Assembly (NCBI GenBank): GCA_963789615.1
Contig: CAWBLI010000005.1
Coordinates: forward strand, 1,693,427 to 1,757,426
Source: an uncultured Actinomycetota bacterium
GTDB lineage: Bacteria > Actinomycetota > Actinomycetes > JAFAQI01
Reading direction: 5' to 3'
DNA: 64,000 nt
A model generated the notes under the pieces. The model had not been told where the DNA came from, made no database searches, and saw nothing but the letters and a program-made list of their open reading frames with translations. Below are positions 19,145-30,640 of the stretch, one piece after another. Position 1 is the first letter of the stretch, and every line of letters starts with the position of its first letter. Both the position numbers and the translations under genes were made by a program.

Positions 19145-21667
19145 TCAGCCCCGCAGCCGGGTGTTGTCGGGGTCGAAGTACGGCCGCGAGCCGGCGACCA
19201 CAACGGTCACCGGATAGGTCTCGCCGAGGTAGCTCACCTGCAGCTGGTTGCCCTCCACCGCGTGCTCCGGCGGCAGGTAGGACATCAGCAGGTGCTTCCC
19301 GACCGACGGGCCGGACCCCGCACTCGTGACGTACGACGGCCGGCCGAGCGCGTCGACCAGCCGCTCGCCGGCCTGGTCGAGAATCGCCTCGCCGCCGATC
19401 ATGTAGCGGGCCGGGTCGGCAGCGTGGTCGAGAGCCCGGTGGTCGAGGGTCAGCGTGCACAGCAGCGCGGCCGGGGGCTCGTCGCGCTGCTTCAGATAGG
19501 CCTCGCGACCGACGAAGTCCGCGTCCTTGACCTTGGGCCGGGTCATACCGGCCTCGACCAGGTCGTACTCGGACCCCAGCTCGTCGCCGTAGGACCGGTA
19601 GCCCTTCTCGATCCGCGCGGTCGTCGCGTAGACGCCGATCCCGACCGGCACGATGCCCATCGGCGTACCGGCCTCCCAGAGCAGGTCCCACGCCCGGGAG
19701 CCGGTCTCGATCGGGACGTGCAGCTCCCAGCCGAGCTCGCCGACGTAGGAGATCCGCGACGCCAGGACCGGTACGCCGGCGAGGTCGATCGTGCGGGCGG
19801 TGCCGAAGCCGAAGGCGTCGTTGCTCACGGCGTCCTCGGTCAGCCCGGCGACCAGGTCGCGGGCGCGCGGCCCCCACACGCCGATCGTGGTCCAGCCGGA
19901 TGTCACGTCCATGAACTGCACGCTGCCGTCGGACGGCAGGTTCCGCTGGAACCACGCCTTGTCCAAGCCGCCGGTCGCGCCGCCGGTGACGATCCGGTAG
20001 TACTCCCGGCCGAGCCGCATGATCGTGAGGTCGGCCTTGATCCCACCGGTCGGCGTCAGCAGCGACGTGTAGATGACCCGGCCGATCGGCACGTCGACCT
20101 GCGAGACGGCGAGCCGCTGCAGGTAGTCGACGACGCCCGGCCCCTGGACATCGAACGAGCAGAACGCCGAGAGGTCGACCAGGCCGACCCGGTCACGCAG
20201 CGCCAGGTGCTCGGCGTTGATGATCGGTGACCAGTTCTTCGACTCCCAGGTGTCGCCGCGGTCCATCAGCCGACCGGCGTACTCGTCGAGCAGGGAGGAG
20301 TTGGACTCGTAGTACAACGGCCGTTCCCAGCCGCCACCCTCGATGAACAGCGCGCCGAGCCCGACTTCCTGGGGGTGCATCGGGGCCAGCCGCACGTTGC
20401 GCGCGGAGTACGCCTGCTCTTTCGGGTGCACGATCGCGTAGGTGTCGGAGAAGTGCTCGAAGGCCCGCTGCCGGACGTAGGAGCGGGTCCGCTGGTGCGG
20501 GTGGAAGCGCGCGATGTCGGCGGTGTGCGCGTCGATCTCCGACGTACCGGTGGTCATCCACTCGGCGACGGTCCGTGCGATCCCCGGGCCTTCCTTGATC
20601 CAGCTCGCGGCCACCGACCACAGGCCACGGACCTCGGGCGTCTCACCGAGCGCCGGCATGCCGTCGGGGGTCAGCGAGATCAGGCCGTTGATCGCGTAGC
20701 GGACACCGACCGACTCGTCGCCGAGGATGTCGGGCATCAGCTCGAGCGCGTCCTCCATCTGCGGGTCGAAGTCCTCGGCGGTGAACGGCAGCTCGGTCGG
20801 CGAGAGGGTCGCGGCCTCGTTGGAGGGGATGTCGTCGGCCTCGATGAGGATCGGCCGGTGCGCGTAGGAGCCGACCTCGAGGTCGCCGCCGTGCTGCCGC
20901 TCGTACATCTGGGTGTCGACGTCGCGGATGATCGGGTACTCGATCTCGCCCTTGGAGTCGGCGAACAGCGGCACCGGACCGACGCTGATCATCTGGTGCA
21001 CCACTGGCATCAGCGGGATCGTGGCGCCGGCCATCCGTGCGATCCGCGGGCTCCAGACCCCGCAGCAGATCGCGACGGTGTCGGTCGCGATCGTGCCGGC
21101 AGAGGTCTGTACGCCGATGACCCGGCCGTCATCGACGTCGATGCCGAGCACCTCGGTGTTGGCGAGGACGCTGAGCGCACCCGCCTCGATCGCGTTGTCG
21201 CGCATGATGGTCCCGGCCCGCAGCGAGTCGACGACCCCCGCCTCGGGGTAGTGGATGCCGCCGATGATGACGTCGTCGTCGAGGTAGGGCACCAGGTTCT
21301 TGACGTCCTTGGGCGAGAGCAGCTCGGCGGTGAGACCCCACACCTTGGCGGCGCTGCGCCGGCGTCCCAGCTCCTGCATCCGGGCCTCGGAGCGGGCGAC
21401 CTCGATGCCACCGCTCTCGGTGAACAGCCCCAGCTCCTTGTACTGCCGCATGCTGTCGAGGGTGAAGCGCTCCATCATCACGGAGTACTCGACCGGGAAG
21501 ATGAAGTTCGACGCGTGGCCGGTCGAGCCGCCCGGGTTCGGCAGCGGGCCCTTGTCGACCATCACCATGTCGCGCCAGCCGAGCTTGGCCAGATGGTGCA
21601 CCAGCCCGTTGCCGACGATGCCCGCTCCGATGACGACGACGCTCGCCGTCGTGGGGGTCTGGCTCAT
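19145..21667 (-). CDS. dimethylglycine oxidase/dehydrogenase-like FAD oxidoreductase fused to GcvT folate-binding domain
   Basis: 840 aa from [29 protein letters not shown] domain plus GcvT domain ([29 protein letters not shown]). Its ATG overlaps the betA stop (ATGA). The upstream 575 aa of track ORF 19145..23392 are an out-of-frame read-through of betA. Confidence 0.85.
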   Translation of the reverse strand: MSQTPTTASVVVIGAGIVGNGLVHHLAKLGWRDMVMVDKGPLPNPGGSTGHASNFIFPVEYSVMMERFTLDSMRQYKELGLFTESGGIEVARSEARMQELGRRRSAAKVWGLTAELLSPKDVKNLVPYLDDDVIIGGIHYPEAGVVDSLRAGTIMRDNAIEAGALSVLANTEVLGIDVDDGRVIGVQTSAGTIATDTVAICCGVWSPRIARMAGATIPLMPVVHQMISVGPVPLFADSKGEIEYPIIRDVDTQMYERQHGGDLEVGSYAHRPILIEADDIPSNEAATLSPTELPFTAEDFDPQMEDALELMPDILGDESVGVRYAINGLISLTPDGMPALGETPEVRGLWSVAASWIKEGPGIARTVAEWMTTGTSEIDAHTADIARFHPHQRTRSYVRQRAFEHFSDTYAIVHPKEQAYSARNVRLAPMHPQEVGLGALFIEGGGWERPLYYESNSSLLDEYAGRLMDRGDTWESKNWSPIINAEHLALRDRVGLVDLSAFCSFDVQGPGVVDYLQRLAVSQVDVPIGRVIYTSLLTPTGGIKADLTIMRLGREYYRIVTGGATGGLDKAWFQRNLPSDGSVQFMDVTSGWTTIGVWGPRARDLVAGLTEDAVSNDAFGFGTARTIDLAGVPVLASRISYVGELGWELHVPIETGSRAWDLLWEAGTPMGIVPVGIGVYATTARIEKGYRSYGDELGSEYDLVEAGMTRPKVKDADFVGREAYLKQRDEPPAALLCTLTLDHRALDHAADPARYMIGGEAILDQAGERLVDALGRPSYVTSAGSGPSVGKHLLMSYLPPEHAVEGNQLQVSYLGETYPVTVVVAGSRPYFDPDNTRLRG

Positions 21668-23340
21668 CTGTCGGGCTCCGATCTGGTGGCGGTTTGCAGG
21701 GCGTGTCGGTAGAACGGGGTCGGCTCGGGCGGGAGCGGCGGTCGACCGACGATGATGTCCGCGGCCTTCTCGGCGAGCATCATCACCGGCGCGTAGATGT
21801 TGCCGTTGGTGACGTACGGCATCACCGAGGCGTCGACGACCCGCAGCCCGTCGGTGCCGTGCACCCGCATCGTCGCGGGATCGACCACCGACATCGGTCC
21901 GGTGCCCATCGCGCAGGTGCAGGACGGGTGCAGCGCGGTCTCCCCGTCGCGGGCGACCCAGTCGAGGACCTCGGCATCGGTCGAGACCGACGGCCCGGGC
22001 GAGATCTCGCCGCCGCTGAACGGCTTCAGCGCGGGCTGCTCGAGGATGCTGCGCGCGACCCGGATCGCCTCGACCCACTCGCGGCGGTCCTGCTCGGTCG
22101 ACAGGTAGTTGAACTGGAGCGCCGGATGCACGGTCGGGTCGGTCGTCGTGATCTTCACGGAGCCGCGCGAGTCGGAGTACATCGGCCCGATGTGGACCTG
22201 GTAGCCGTGGTCGGAGGCGGGCGCGCTGCCGTCGTACCGCACCGCGATCGGCAGGAAGTGGAACATCAGGTTGGGGTAGGCGACCTCGTCGTTGCTGCGG
22301 GCGAAGCCGCCGGCCTCGAAGTGGTTGCTCGCGCCGGGGCCGCTGCGCAGGAACAGCCACTTCGCACCGATCCACGGCCGGTGCCGGTTCTTCAGCAACG
22401 GGTTGAGCGAGACGGGCTGGGTTGCGGCGTACTGGACGTAGACCTCGAGGTGGTCCTGCAGGTTCTCGCCGACCCCGGGCAGGTCGAGGATGCATTTCAC
22501 GCCGACGGCTCGCAGCTCGTCGGCGTTGCCGATGCCGGACAGCTGGAGCAGCTGCGGGGAGTTGAAGGCGCCGCCGCACAGGATGACCTCGTCGGCCCGC
22601 GCGGTCACCGGTGCACCGCGACCGTGCGAGTACTCGACCCCGACCGCAGTCGTGCCGTCCATCACGACCCGGCGCACCAGGCTGCGGGTCTTGACCGTGA
22701 GGTTCGGTCGCGACATCGCGGGGTGCAGGTAGGCGCGCGCCGCCGACCAACGGCGGCCCCGGTTGATGTTGCGATCGAAACGCGCGAAGCCCTCCTGCCG
22801 GTAGCCGTTGACGTCGTCGGTGAGCTGGTAGCCGGCCTGCTGGACCGCGCCGAGGAACGCCCCGAACAGCGGGTTGGTCGCCGGCCCGCGCTCGAGGATC
22901 AGGGGGCCGTCGCCGCCACGGAAGTCGTCGGCGCCGGCGCGGGTGGTCTCCATCTTCTTGAAGTAGGGCAGGCAGTGGGCGTAGTCCCAGTCGGCCATGC
23001 CGGGGTCGGCGGCCCAGCGTTCGTAGTCCAGCGGGTTGCCGCGCTGGAAGATCATGCCGTTGATGCTGCTCGACCCGCCCAGCACCTTGCCCCGGGCGTG
23101 GTAGATCCGGCGGCCGTTCATGTACGGCTCGGGCTCGGACTCGTACTTCCAGTCGTAGAACCGGTTGCCGATCGGCATCGTGAGTGCCGCGGGCATGTGG
23201 ATGAGCGGGTCCCAGAGCGAGTCGGGCCGGCCGGCCTCGAGCACCAGTACGGTCACCGCAGGGTCGGCGGAGAGCCGGTTGGCCAGCGCACTGCCGGCCG
23301 ACCCGCCGCCCACGATGACGACGTCGTAGTGCTCGCTCAT
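21664..23340 (-). CDS. betA: GMC family oxidoreductase, choline dehydrogenase
   Basis: 558 aa from [27 protein letters not shown] signatures present ([18 protein letters not shown]; HPSCTCAMG; [10 protein letters not shown]). RBS GGAGAG. It is co-linear with the DMG-oxidase-like gene and etfBA. Confidence 0.85.
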   Translation of the reverse strand: MSEHYDVVIVGGGSAGSALANRLSADPAVTVLVLEAGRPDSLWDPLIHMPAALTMPIGNRFYDWKYESEPEPYMNGRRIYHARGKVLGGSSSINGMIFQRGNPLDYERWAADPGMADWDYAHCLPYFKKMETTRAGADDFRGGDGPLILERGPATNPLFGAFLGAVQQAGYQLTDDVNGYRQEGFARFDRNINRGRRWSAARAYLHPAMSRPNLTVKTRSLVRRVVMDGTTAVGVEYSHGRGAPVTARADEVILCGGAFNSPQLLQLSGIGNADELRAVGVKCILDLPGVGENLQDHLEVYVQYAATQPVSLNPLLKNRHRPWIGAKWLFLRSGPGASNHFEAGGFARSNDEVAYPNLMFHFLPIAVRYDGSAPASDHGYQVHIGPMYSDSRGSVKITTTDPTVHPALQFNYLSTEQDRREWVEAIRVARSILEQPALKPFSGGEISPGPSVSTDAEVLDWVARDGETALHPSCTCAMGTGPMSVVDPATMRVHGTDGLRVVDASVMPYVTNGNIYAPVMMLAEKAADIIVGRPPLPPEPTPFYRHALQTATRSEPDR

Positions 23341-23360
23341 TGGCTCTCCACTGCAGTTGC

Positions 23361-23385
23361 GTATCGCGAAACTCGCGCGCGATAC
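23361..23385. promoter_or_regulatory. candidate IclR operator palindrome GTATCGCG-N9-CGCGATAC
   Basis: Perfect 8-bp inverted repeat in the 156-bp divergent betA/IclR intergenic region. A related half-site pair occurs next to the second IclR gene (56258..56276). Confidence 0.35.
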
Positions 23386-23496
23386 GGAACAAGCATCGTG
23401 GTCGGCAGGACAGTGGTCAAGACGTCGGCGGGTTCTGGTCCACGGTGGGCCGGCCGAGTTGCTGCGGACATCTCGCAGAGTACGTACTGTTGCACC

Positions 23497-24318
23497 ATGA
23501 GCAACGGCCGATCGGGGCCTGACGGGGATGCGCCCACGGGGGTCGCGAAGCGCGCGCCCGGGTCGGTGCAGTCCGTCGACCGGGCGCTGCGGGTCCTCGA
23601 GATCCTCGCCGACCACGGCGCGCGAGGTGTCACCGAGATCGCCGATGAGCTCGGCGTCCACAAGTCGACGGCGTTCCGGCTGATCTCCGTGCTGGAGGAT
23701 CACCAGCTGGTCGAGCAGGTCGAGGACCGCGGCCGCTACCACCTCGGTTTCGGGATCGTCCGGCTCGCGGGCGCCACCTCGGCGCAGCTTGACCTCACCC
23801 GGCAGAGCCAGCCGGTCTGCGAGGACCTGGCGAGCGCGCTCGACGAGACGGTCAACATCGCGGTGCTCGAAGGGTCATCGGTCATCAACATCAGCCAGGC
23901 CCGTGGCGGTGCCGCGATCGCGAGCCACAACTGGGTGGGCCAGCTCACTCCCCCGCACGCCACGTCGAGCGGCAAAGTGCTGCTGGCGGCGCTGAGCGAT
24001 GCCCAGGTGTCGGCGCTGCTCCCCGACCCGCTGCGCCGCTTCACCGACGCGACGCTGACCTCGCGCACCAAGCTCCGGCAGGCGCTGCGCGAGGTGCGGG
24101 CAGAGGGGTACGGCGTGACCGAGGGCGAGCTCGAGGTCGGGCTCAACGCGGTCGCCGCGCCGGTGCACGGACCGGACGGCGAGATCATCGCGGCGCTGTC
24201 GGTGTCGGGTCCGACGTACCGGATGTCGAGTGACCTGCTCCCGGAGATCGCCAAGAGCGCCGTCGCGGCCGCGGACGAGATCAGCCGACGGCTGGGCTAC
24301 CGCGCTCCGCTGGGTTGA
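23497..24318 (+). CDS. IclR family transcriptional regulator
   Basis: 273 aa from [10 protein letters not shown]. wHTH ([42 protein letters not shown]) plus an IclR effector domain ([20 protein letters not shown]). Only the last third of track ORF 21694..24318 is real. Confidence 0.9.
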   Translation: MSNGRSGPDGDAPTGVAKRAPGSVQSVDRALRVLEILADHGARGVTEIADELGVHKSTAFRLISVLEDHQLVEQVEDRGRYHLGFGIVRLAGATSAQLDLTRQSQPVCEDLASALDETVNIAVLEGSSVINISQARGGAAIASHNWVGQLTPPHATSSGKVLLAALSDAQVSALLPDPLRRFTDATLTSRTKLRQALREVRAEGYGVTEGELEVGLNAVAAPVHGPDGEIIAALSVSGPTYRMSSDLLPEIAKSAVAAADEISRRLGYRAPLG

Positions 24319-25088
24319 TACTGACCGTCGTGCCTACCGATCCGAGCAACGTCCGCGACCAAGCCACTGCTGCGATCGACACGGCCCGCGAGCGCGGCAT
24401 CCCGTTGCGGTTGCTCGGCGGCATGGCGGTGCAGGTCCTGACCCCGGACTTCCCGCCCCGGACCCGGGACGACCAGGACATGGACTTCGCCTCCACCGAC
24501 CGCGACAAGTCGGGGCTGCTCTCGCTGTTCGACGACCTGGGGTACGTCGGTGACAAGCGCTTCAACACGCTGCACGGTCACCGGCAGATGTACTTCCGGA
24601 CGCCGGACGGGACCCGTGCCGTCGACGTCATCATGAACAAGCTGATGATGTGCCACGAGCTGGTCTTCAAGGACCGGATCGACCGGATGCCCTACACCCT
24701 CGACGTCACCGACCTGCTGCTCACCAAGCTCCAGGTCGTCGAGCAGAACGAGAAGGACGTGCACGACGTCTGCTACCTGCTCGCCGCGTTCCCGGTTGCT
24801 GCGGGCGACGAGCCCGGGCAGATCGGCGAGGCTCGGGTTGCCGACGTACTCGGCTCCGACTGGGGCTGGTGGCGCACCGTCACCGGCAACCTCGAGCGGG
24901 TGGCGGAGCTGCTGTCGACGACGCTGTCCGGCCTGGTGCCGGCCGGTGCGCCGTACGACCCGGTGGTGCAGGCCCGGTCGTTACGGCAGTACGCCGACGA
25001 CTGCTCGAAGTCGATGAAGTGGAAGGTGCGCGCCAAGGTCGGCGACCGCAGCCGCTGGTACGAGCTCCCCGAAGAAGTCGCCCACTAA
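24315..25088 (+). CDS. hypothetical protein, nucleotidyltransferase-fold (AbiEii/DUF1814-like motifs)
   Basis: 257 aa. LRLLGGMAVQ (GG[ST]A-type motif), DQDMDF (DxD) and LLLTKLQVVEQNEKDVHDVCYLL (K..x..KD.xD.xxL) resemble the three NTase motifs of AbiEii-type proteins. The TTG start overlaps the IclR stop. High GC3 supports coding. Confidence 0.45.
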   Translation: MILTVVPTDPSNVRDQATAAIDTARERGIPLRLLGGMAVQVLTPDFPPRTRDDQDMDFASTDRDKSGLLSLFDDLGYVGDKRFNTLHGHRQMYFRTPDGTRAVDVIMNKLMMCHELVFKDRIDRMPYTLDVTDLLLTKLQVVEQNEKDVHDVCYLLAAFPVAAGDEPGQIGEARVADVLGSDWGWWRTVTGNLERVAELLSTTLSGLVPAGAPYDPVVQARSLRQYADDCSKSMKWKVRAKVGDRSRWYELPEEVAH

Positions 25089-25153
25089 CCCACCACCACG
25101 CATGGCCCATTGATGGGGCTAGGGGACCACCAATGGGCCATGCGTGTGGTGGG
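25089..25153. repeat. hairpin repeat family 1, copy A (CACGCATGGCCCATYGRTGG core)
   Basis: CCCACCACCACGCATGGCCCATTGATGG-ggctagggga-CCACCAATGGGCCATGCGTGTGGTGGG lies between convergent stops (25088 +, 25154 -). It is near-identical in its core to 38605..38656. Confidence 0.7.
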
Positions 25154-26802
25154 TCACTCCACGGGGATTTCGCCGTAGACCATCTTGAGGTCGATGCCCT
25201 GCGACTTGCGGACCAGCTTCGCGCCGACGTACAACACGATCGCCAGCCCGTACATACAGCCCATGAAGATCAACGACGTGTGGTTGTTGACGCCGTACGT
25301 CGAGTTGGTCAGCCACTTCTCGATGTTCCAACCCAGGAAGATGGCGGCGAGGGCCGACGTGATCGTGAGCACCGGTACTCCGGCGACCTGGTACTTGGCG
25401 ATCGGGGAGTTCTGGTAGAGCTCCCGCTTCCGCCAGGGCAGGATCATCGCCGCGATGAGGGTGCCGAAGAACGTGACCGCGATGACCAGCGCCGCATCGA
25501 GGATGAACTTCTTGAACTCGGACGTGTAGGCGTAGAGCCCACTGACCACGAGCGACGGGGCCAGCATCAAGACCATGCCCCAGATCGGTACGTGCCGCTT
25601 CTCCGACACGTACGACGCGCGCTCCGGCAGGATCCGGTCGAACGCGGCGGCGAAGATCACCCGGGTCGAGGACAGGAACAGCGTGCCGGCCCAGCCGAGG
25701 AACCAGGTCGCGAACAGCAGGATGAACACGACCTTGAGGAACGTGGTCGGGATGATCATCGACACCAGCAGCGGCGGGAACGCCCACACCGGGATCGGCG
25801 ATGTCCCGTAGCCCCAGTACGTCGCGTTGGACGCGTTGAAGAACTGCCAGCCGAAGGTGCGCTCCGCGAGGAACAGGAAGACGATCGCGATGAGCACCGT
25901 GACCCACAGGCCGCTCATCATGCCGCGCAGCACGCCGCGGAAGTCGCTCGCGCCGCGGACCTCGCCGTACAGCGTGGCTCCCCAGTTCGGGTAGAGGATC
26001 CAGAAGCACAGGAGCGGGACCAGCAGCGCCGTCTGCGCCGAACAGCGACGAGAACCCGAGGTGCTTCGCGGAGTCGAAACCGCCCTTATGAGCCGCGGCG
26101 ATGGTGTTGGCGTAGGTGTTGCCCGTCGTACCGAACAGGTGGTGGGTCGAGGAGTTGTAGTGCGACACGAAGCTGCCCCGCGACGTGAACAGCATGATGA
26201 CGAACATCAGCAGCAGCACCACGCCACCGAGGTAGAAGCAGACTCGCTGGACCTTCGCGTAGCCCTCCATCCCCAGCGCGACGAGCGCGCCGGCGAGGAT
26301 GGTCGTCGCGACGCAGACGACGAAGATGCCGGTGTCCGACGCCAGCCAGGTCAGCGTCCCGCCGGCCTTGAGCAGGGCCGCCAACGGCTGCAGCACCTCG
26401 ACGTTGAGGATGTTCGCGTAGACCGGCGTCCAGTACCAGAGGATGAACCACCAGCCGGTGACGGCGAGCACGAACCCGATGCCCGGGCTCAACACCCGGC
26501 TCTGCCAGACGTAGTCACCACCGGCGCGCGGCATCACCGAGATCAGGCCGGCGTAGGAGAAGACCAGGAACGACACGAAGATCGCCGCCACGATCAGCGC
26601 GGGCAGCACCTGGCCGGTCGCGAAGAACGGCAGCGCGGAGAAGCTGAAGAACAAACCCAAGCGTGACGAAGTTGACCGACATGTAGGAGTAGACGAACGC
26701 ATCGAGCCGCGACCACCCCTTGACCAAGCCGGTGGCGTTGCGCAGGAACAGGTCCGGTGCCCCGGTGGATCCGGCCGATGTCGGGGGAACTGTGGTGGCC
26801 AC
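25154..26802 (-). pseudogene. APC family amino acid/amine permease, two frame breaks as assembled
   Basis: Three frames read continuously as a permease: MATTVPPTS..SYMSVNFVT, then LGLFFSFSALPFFATGQ..AKHLGFSSLFGA, then QTALLVPLLCFWILYPNWG..GEIPVE. The breaks are at ~26655 (extra t in a ttt run) and ~26033. Confidence 0.8.
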
Positions 26803-26839
26803 GCTGACCTCCTGGTCGGTGCTTGACCGTCAGCGGCGG

Positions 26840-27797
26840 TTAGCCGTTGACGAGGACGTAGTTCTTGACCTTGGCCTTCTTCAAGTCCAGGGTCACCAGC
26901 GCTCCCTGCAGCACGCCTTCTTCATACGCACTGCCGGGATTGAGAGCCAGCGTGCGGCCGATCCGGACCGCCGCCCGGCTCTCGTGGATGTGCCCGTGCA
27001 GCCCGAGCAGCGGCTGCACGTCCTGGATCGCCGCGCGGATCGAGGTCGACCCGACCGGCCGCATCGCCTGGCCGCCGGCCAGGATGTTCATGTCCGCGTC
27101 GAGGGCGGGGGCCTGGTCGAGACCACTGCCGTATGGCGGGGCGTGGAAGTTGAAGATCATGCGGGTCGGGTCCTTGACCTTCGAGACGATCTCGTCGACC
27201 CGTTTGCCGAGCTCATCCTCCGGCAGCTCGCGGAAGGTGTTCCACGGGGTCGGGATTGGTCCAGCCGAGCGACACCATCTCGAATCCCTCGAGGTCCATC
27301 GGGTCGTCGCCGTTGGTCTCGACCACGCGGCCCTGCTGGTTCAGCAGGGGGTCGAGCTCGAACATGTCGTCGTTCGCCGGGCAGACGACGACGCGATGCA
27401 CCTTGTCCCGGAGCTTGTCGTCCGCCATCTGCAGCCAGCGTTCGGTCTCGTCGAGCATGACCTTCGTGAAGCGCGCGTCCTTGAGGGAGTCGTCGGCGCG
27501 CATGCCGTCGTACTCGTCCTCGGACATCCGCACCGGGTAGTAGCCCCGGTTGCGGATCTTCGCCTCCACGTCGACGACCTCGGCCTCGGTCTCGAGGACG
27601 GTGTGCCGCTCGAACATCACGGTGTCCCAGCGACCGTTGCGCTCGACGACCGGCACCATGGCCTTGCCCGTGATGTCACCACCGACGATGACGACGTCCG
27701 CTTTGTAGAACGCCCCGGCGTTGAGGAACTTGCGCCAGCAGATCTCGGAGCCGTGAATGTCGGTGACGTAGAAGATCGTCAGGGAGTTCTTCGACAC
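26840..27797 (-). pseudogene. metallophosphoesterase family protein, one frame break as assembled
   Basis: GTG start at 27797 with RBS GGGGAGG. FYVTDIHGS and VVIVGGDITGK motifs, then, after the break at ~27243 (extra c in GWTNP-ccc-), PWNTFRELPEDELGKRVDEIV..MIFNFHAPPYG..GLHGHIHES. Confidence 0.75.
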
Positions 27798-28006
27798 GGC
27801 GCACCTCCCCGGCCAACCGCACGGTTGCGTCCTGCGCAACTGGCGTCGCATGACGCGAGGGGAGAATCGCACCAGGCTCATGGCCTGTCAACGGCCAGCG
27901 CCAACCCGCGACGCCGGTTCGCCGCCGCTTGACAGCAGCGGTTCCGGCGGACACTGTTGCGCATGATGGCACGAGTCGCCCTCCACGCAACGCGATAGGC
28001 GTCACA

Positions 28007-29197
28007 ATGGAGCGACCGAGCCAGGCCGACCGAGGGATGACCAGGATGACCGCTACCGCAGGCGACGCGACGACCAGCGCGCTTCCGGACAGCCTGCTGC
28101 CGACGATGCCCGGCCACTACTACAACGACCCCGCCATCTTCGCCCTGGAGCAGGCCAAGATCTTCGAGGCGATGTGGTTCTGCGCCGTACGCAGTTCCGA
28201 CCTCATCGAAGCGGGCGAGTTCCGCACCGTGCAGGTCGGCCGCGAGTCGATCCTCGTGGTCCGCGGCTCCGACGGCGAGCTGCGTGGCTTCTTCAACGTC
28301 TGCCGGCATCGTGGCGCGCGGCTCTGCATCGAGCCGGAGGGCAAGGTACGACGGTCGATCCAGTGCACGTACCACGCCTGGACCTACGCGCTGGACGGGA
28401 AGCTCGTCGCGGCACCCAACCTCACCTCGATGCCAGACGTCGACCGGATCGGCTTCGGCCTGGTGCCGGTCCACCTCCGCGAGTGGCTCGGGTATGCCTG
28501 GGTCTGCCTCGCCGACGAGCCGCCGTCGTTCGAGGAGCAGGTCATCGGCGCGTGCACCGAGCGGCTCGGCGACCCGGCCGCGATCGACCACTACAAGATC
28601 GACTCGCTGGCGGTCGGCAAGCGGATCAGGTACGACGTGGCCGCGAACTGGAAGCTCATCATCGAGAACTTCATGGAGTGCTACCACTGCGCGACGATCC
28701 ACCCGGAGCTCACCGAGGTGCTGCCGGAGTTCGCGAACGGTTTCGCGGCGCAGTACTACGTCGGTCACGGCGCGGCGTTCGGGCCGGAGATCAAGGGCTT
28801 CACGGTCGACGGCAGTGAAGGCTTCGAGCGGATCGACGGCGTCACCGAGGAACAGGACCGCAAGTACTACGCGATCACGGTGCGGCCACAGGTGTTCATC
28901 AACCTGATCCCCGACCACGTGATCATCCACCGAATGTTCCCGATGGCCGTCGACCGCACGGTCATCGAGTGCGACTGGCTGTTCGCCCCCGACCTGCTCG
29001 CGGCGAATCCCGACCTGACCCGATCGGTCGAGCTGTTCGACCGGGTGAACCGGCAGGACTTCGACGCCTGCGAGCGGTGCCAGCCCGGGACCACGTCACG
29101 GCTCTACGCGAACGGCGGCGTGCTGGTGCCCGCCGAGCATCACATCGCCGGACTCGGCGAGTGGATCCACGACGTCCTGGGAGATGCTCTCGACTGA
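28007..29197 (+). CDS. Rieske [2Fe-2S] ring-hydroxylating-oxygenase alpha-subunit family protein (candidate glycine betaine/quaternary-amine N-demethylating monooxygenase)
   Basis: Rieske motif [17 protein letters not shown] and a mononuclear-iron region [15 protein letters not shown]. The start is uncertain (ATG 28007, 28037 or 28046; GAGGG lies 9 nt before 28046). The stop overlaps the sdaA start (TGATG). Confidence 0.8.
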   Translation: MERPSQADRGMTRMTATAGDATTSALPDSLLPTMPGHYYNDPAIFALEQAKIFEAMWFCAVRSSDLIEAGEFRTVQVGRESILVVRGSDGELRGFFNVCRHRGARLCIEPEGKVRRSIQCTYHAWTYALDGKLVAAPNLTSMPDVDRIGFGLVPVHLREWLGYAWVCLADEPPSFEEQVIGACTERLGDPAAIDHYKIDSLAVGKRIRYDVAANWKLIIENFMECYHCATIHPELTEVLPEFANGFAAQYYVGHGAAFGPEIKGFTVDGSEGFERIDGVTEEQDRKYYAITVRPQVFINLIPDHVIIHRMFPMAVDRTVIECDWLFAPDLLAANPDLTRSVELFDRVNRQDFDACERCQPGTTSRLYANGGVLVPAEHHIAGLGEWIHDVLGDALD

Positions 29198-30570
29198 TGG
29201 CCCTCAGCGTCTTCGACCTGTTCAGCGTCGGGATCGGGCCCTCGAGCTCCCACACCGTCGGGCCGATGCGCGCCGCCCGGCTGTTCTCCGCAGGTCTCGA
29301 CGACGACGGGCTGATGGACTCGGTCGTGCGCGTCCACGTCGAGCTGTTCGGCTCCCTCGGCGCAACCGGTCACGGTCACGGCAGCCCGCGCGCGATCGTC
29401 CTGGGGCTGCTCGGCGAGACGCCCGAGACCGTTGACCCGGCTGGCTGCGACGAGATCGTGGCGGCCGCCCGGCGTACCGGCCAGCTCGAGCTGATGGGCC
29501 ACCACGCGATCGACTTCGACCAGGACGACGACCTGGTGCTGCACCGGCGCAAGAGCCTGCCGCTGCATCCGAACGGGATGACGTTCGAGGCCTTCGACGC
29601 CGCCGGCACGTCACTGCGGCTCCGCACCTACTACTCGGTGGGTGGCGGGTTCGTCCTCGACGAGTCCGCGGCCGAGGGCGGCCGGGTGGTCGCCGACGAC
29701 ACCGTGTTGCCGTTCCCGTTCGAGACGGCCGCTGACCTGATGGCGCACTGCGAGACGACCGGGCGGCCGATCGACAGCCTGATCATGGAGAACGAGCAGC
29801 ACTGGCGCAGCGCCGAGGACGTGCATGCCGGCCTGCTGCGGCTCTGGGACGTGATGCAGGAGTGCGTCACGAACGGCACCAACCACGAGGGTGTCCTGCC
29901 GGGCGGACTGAAGGTACGCCGACGGGCGCCGGCCTTGGCGCGCGTGCTCGCCACCGAAGAAGGCTCGACCGATCCGATGCGGGCGATGGACTGGGTGAAC
30001 CTCTACGCCCTGGCCGTCAACGAGGAGAACGCCTCAGGCGGCCGAGTCGTGACCGCCCCGACGAACGGCGCCGCAGGCATCATCCCGGCGGTGCTGCACT
30101 ACTACGTCCGGTTCATCCCCGGCGCTGACCTCGATGGCGTCGTACGGTTCCTGCTGACAGCCGGCGCGATCGGCATGATCTACAAGCAGACCGCCTCGAT
30201 CTCCGGCGCCGAGGTCGGGTGCCAGGGGGAGGTCGGGTCGGCTGCGTCGATGGCAGCCGGGGCGCTGGCCGCCGTGACCGGTGGGACGCCCGCGCAGGTC
30301 GAGAACGCCGCCGAGATCGCGATGGAGCACAACCTCGGCCTGACCTGCGACCCGGTCGGCGGGCTGGTACAGATCCCGTGCATCGAGCGGAACGCGATCG
30401 GTGCGGTGAAGGCGATCAACGCGGCTCGGATGGCGCTGCGTGGTGACGGGTTGCACATCGTCAGCCTCGACCGCGTGATCAAGACGATGCGCGAGACCGG
30501 CGCCGACATGAGCGTCAAGTACAAGGAGACCGCCCGCGGCGGCCTCGCCGTCAACGTGATCGAGTGCTAA
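29197..30570 (+). CDS. sdaA: L-serine ammonia-lyase (iron-sulfur dependent, single chain)
   Basis: 457 aa from [27 protein letters not shown], with YYSVGGGFV and [31 protein letters not shown]. These are classical SdaA motifs. Confidence 0.9.
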   Translation: MALSVFDLFSVGIGPSSSHTVGPMRAARLFSAGLDDDGLMDSVVRVHVELFGSLGATGHGHGSPRAIVLGLLGETPETVDPAGCDEIVAAARRTGQLELMGHHAIDFDQDDDLVLHRRKSLPLHPNGMTFEAFDAAGTSLRLRTYYSVGGGFVLDESAAEGGRVVADDTVLPFPFETAADLMAHCETTGRPIDSLIMENEQHWRSAEDVHAGLLRLWDVMQECVTNGTNHEGVLPGGLKVRRRAPALARVLATEEGSTDPMRAMDWVNLYALAVNEENASGGRVVTAPTNGAAGIIPAVLHYYVRFIPGADLDGVVRFLLTAGAIGMIYKQTASISGAEVGCQGEVGSAASMAAGALAAVTGGTPAQVENAAEIAMEHNLGLTCDPVGGLVQIPCIERNAIGAVKAINAARMALRGDGLHIVSLDRVIKTMRETGADMSVKYKETARGGLAVNVIEC

Positions 30571-30573
30571 CCA

Positions 30574-30637
30574 CGCCGAGTGCGACGTTCTGTCCCTAAC
30601 TCGGTGCCCGGAAAGGGCAATAACGTCGCACTCGGCG
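30574..30637. terminator. large-loop hairpin between convergent genes (16-bp perfect stem, 32-nt loop)
   Basis: CGCCGAGTGCGACGTT..(32 nt)..AACGTCGCACTCGGCG, 4 nt after the sdaA stop and 4 nt before the stop of the minus-strand gene at 30641. Confidence 0.5.
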
Positions 30638-30640
30638 GGG

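Noticed and set aside
19145-23392. 1415-aa single ORF suggesting a giant fusion protein
   Set aside because: Only the C-terminal 840 aa (from MSQTPTT at 21667) are a real FAD-GcvT enzyme. The N-terminal part is an out-of-frame read-through of betA, whose own frame (21664..23340) carries all the GMC motifs.
21694-24318. 874-aa plus-strand ORF
   Set aside because: The first ~600 aa are antisense to betA and the DMG-oxidase-like gene. Only the last 273 aa (from ATG 23497) form the IclR regulator.
27878-28930. 350-aa minus-strand ORF opposite the Rieske oxygenase gene; similarly 41207..43084, 48875..50938, 58386..59591 and 60188..61687
   Set aside because: All are antisense shadows of genes with clear family motifs on the other strand. 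None has recognisable motifs, and their amino-acid composition is that of GC-rich noise.
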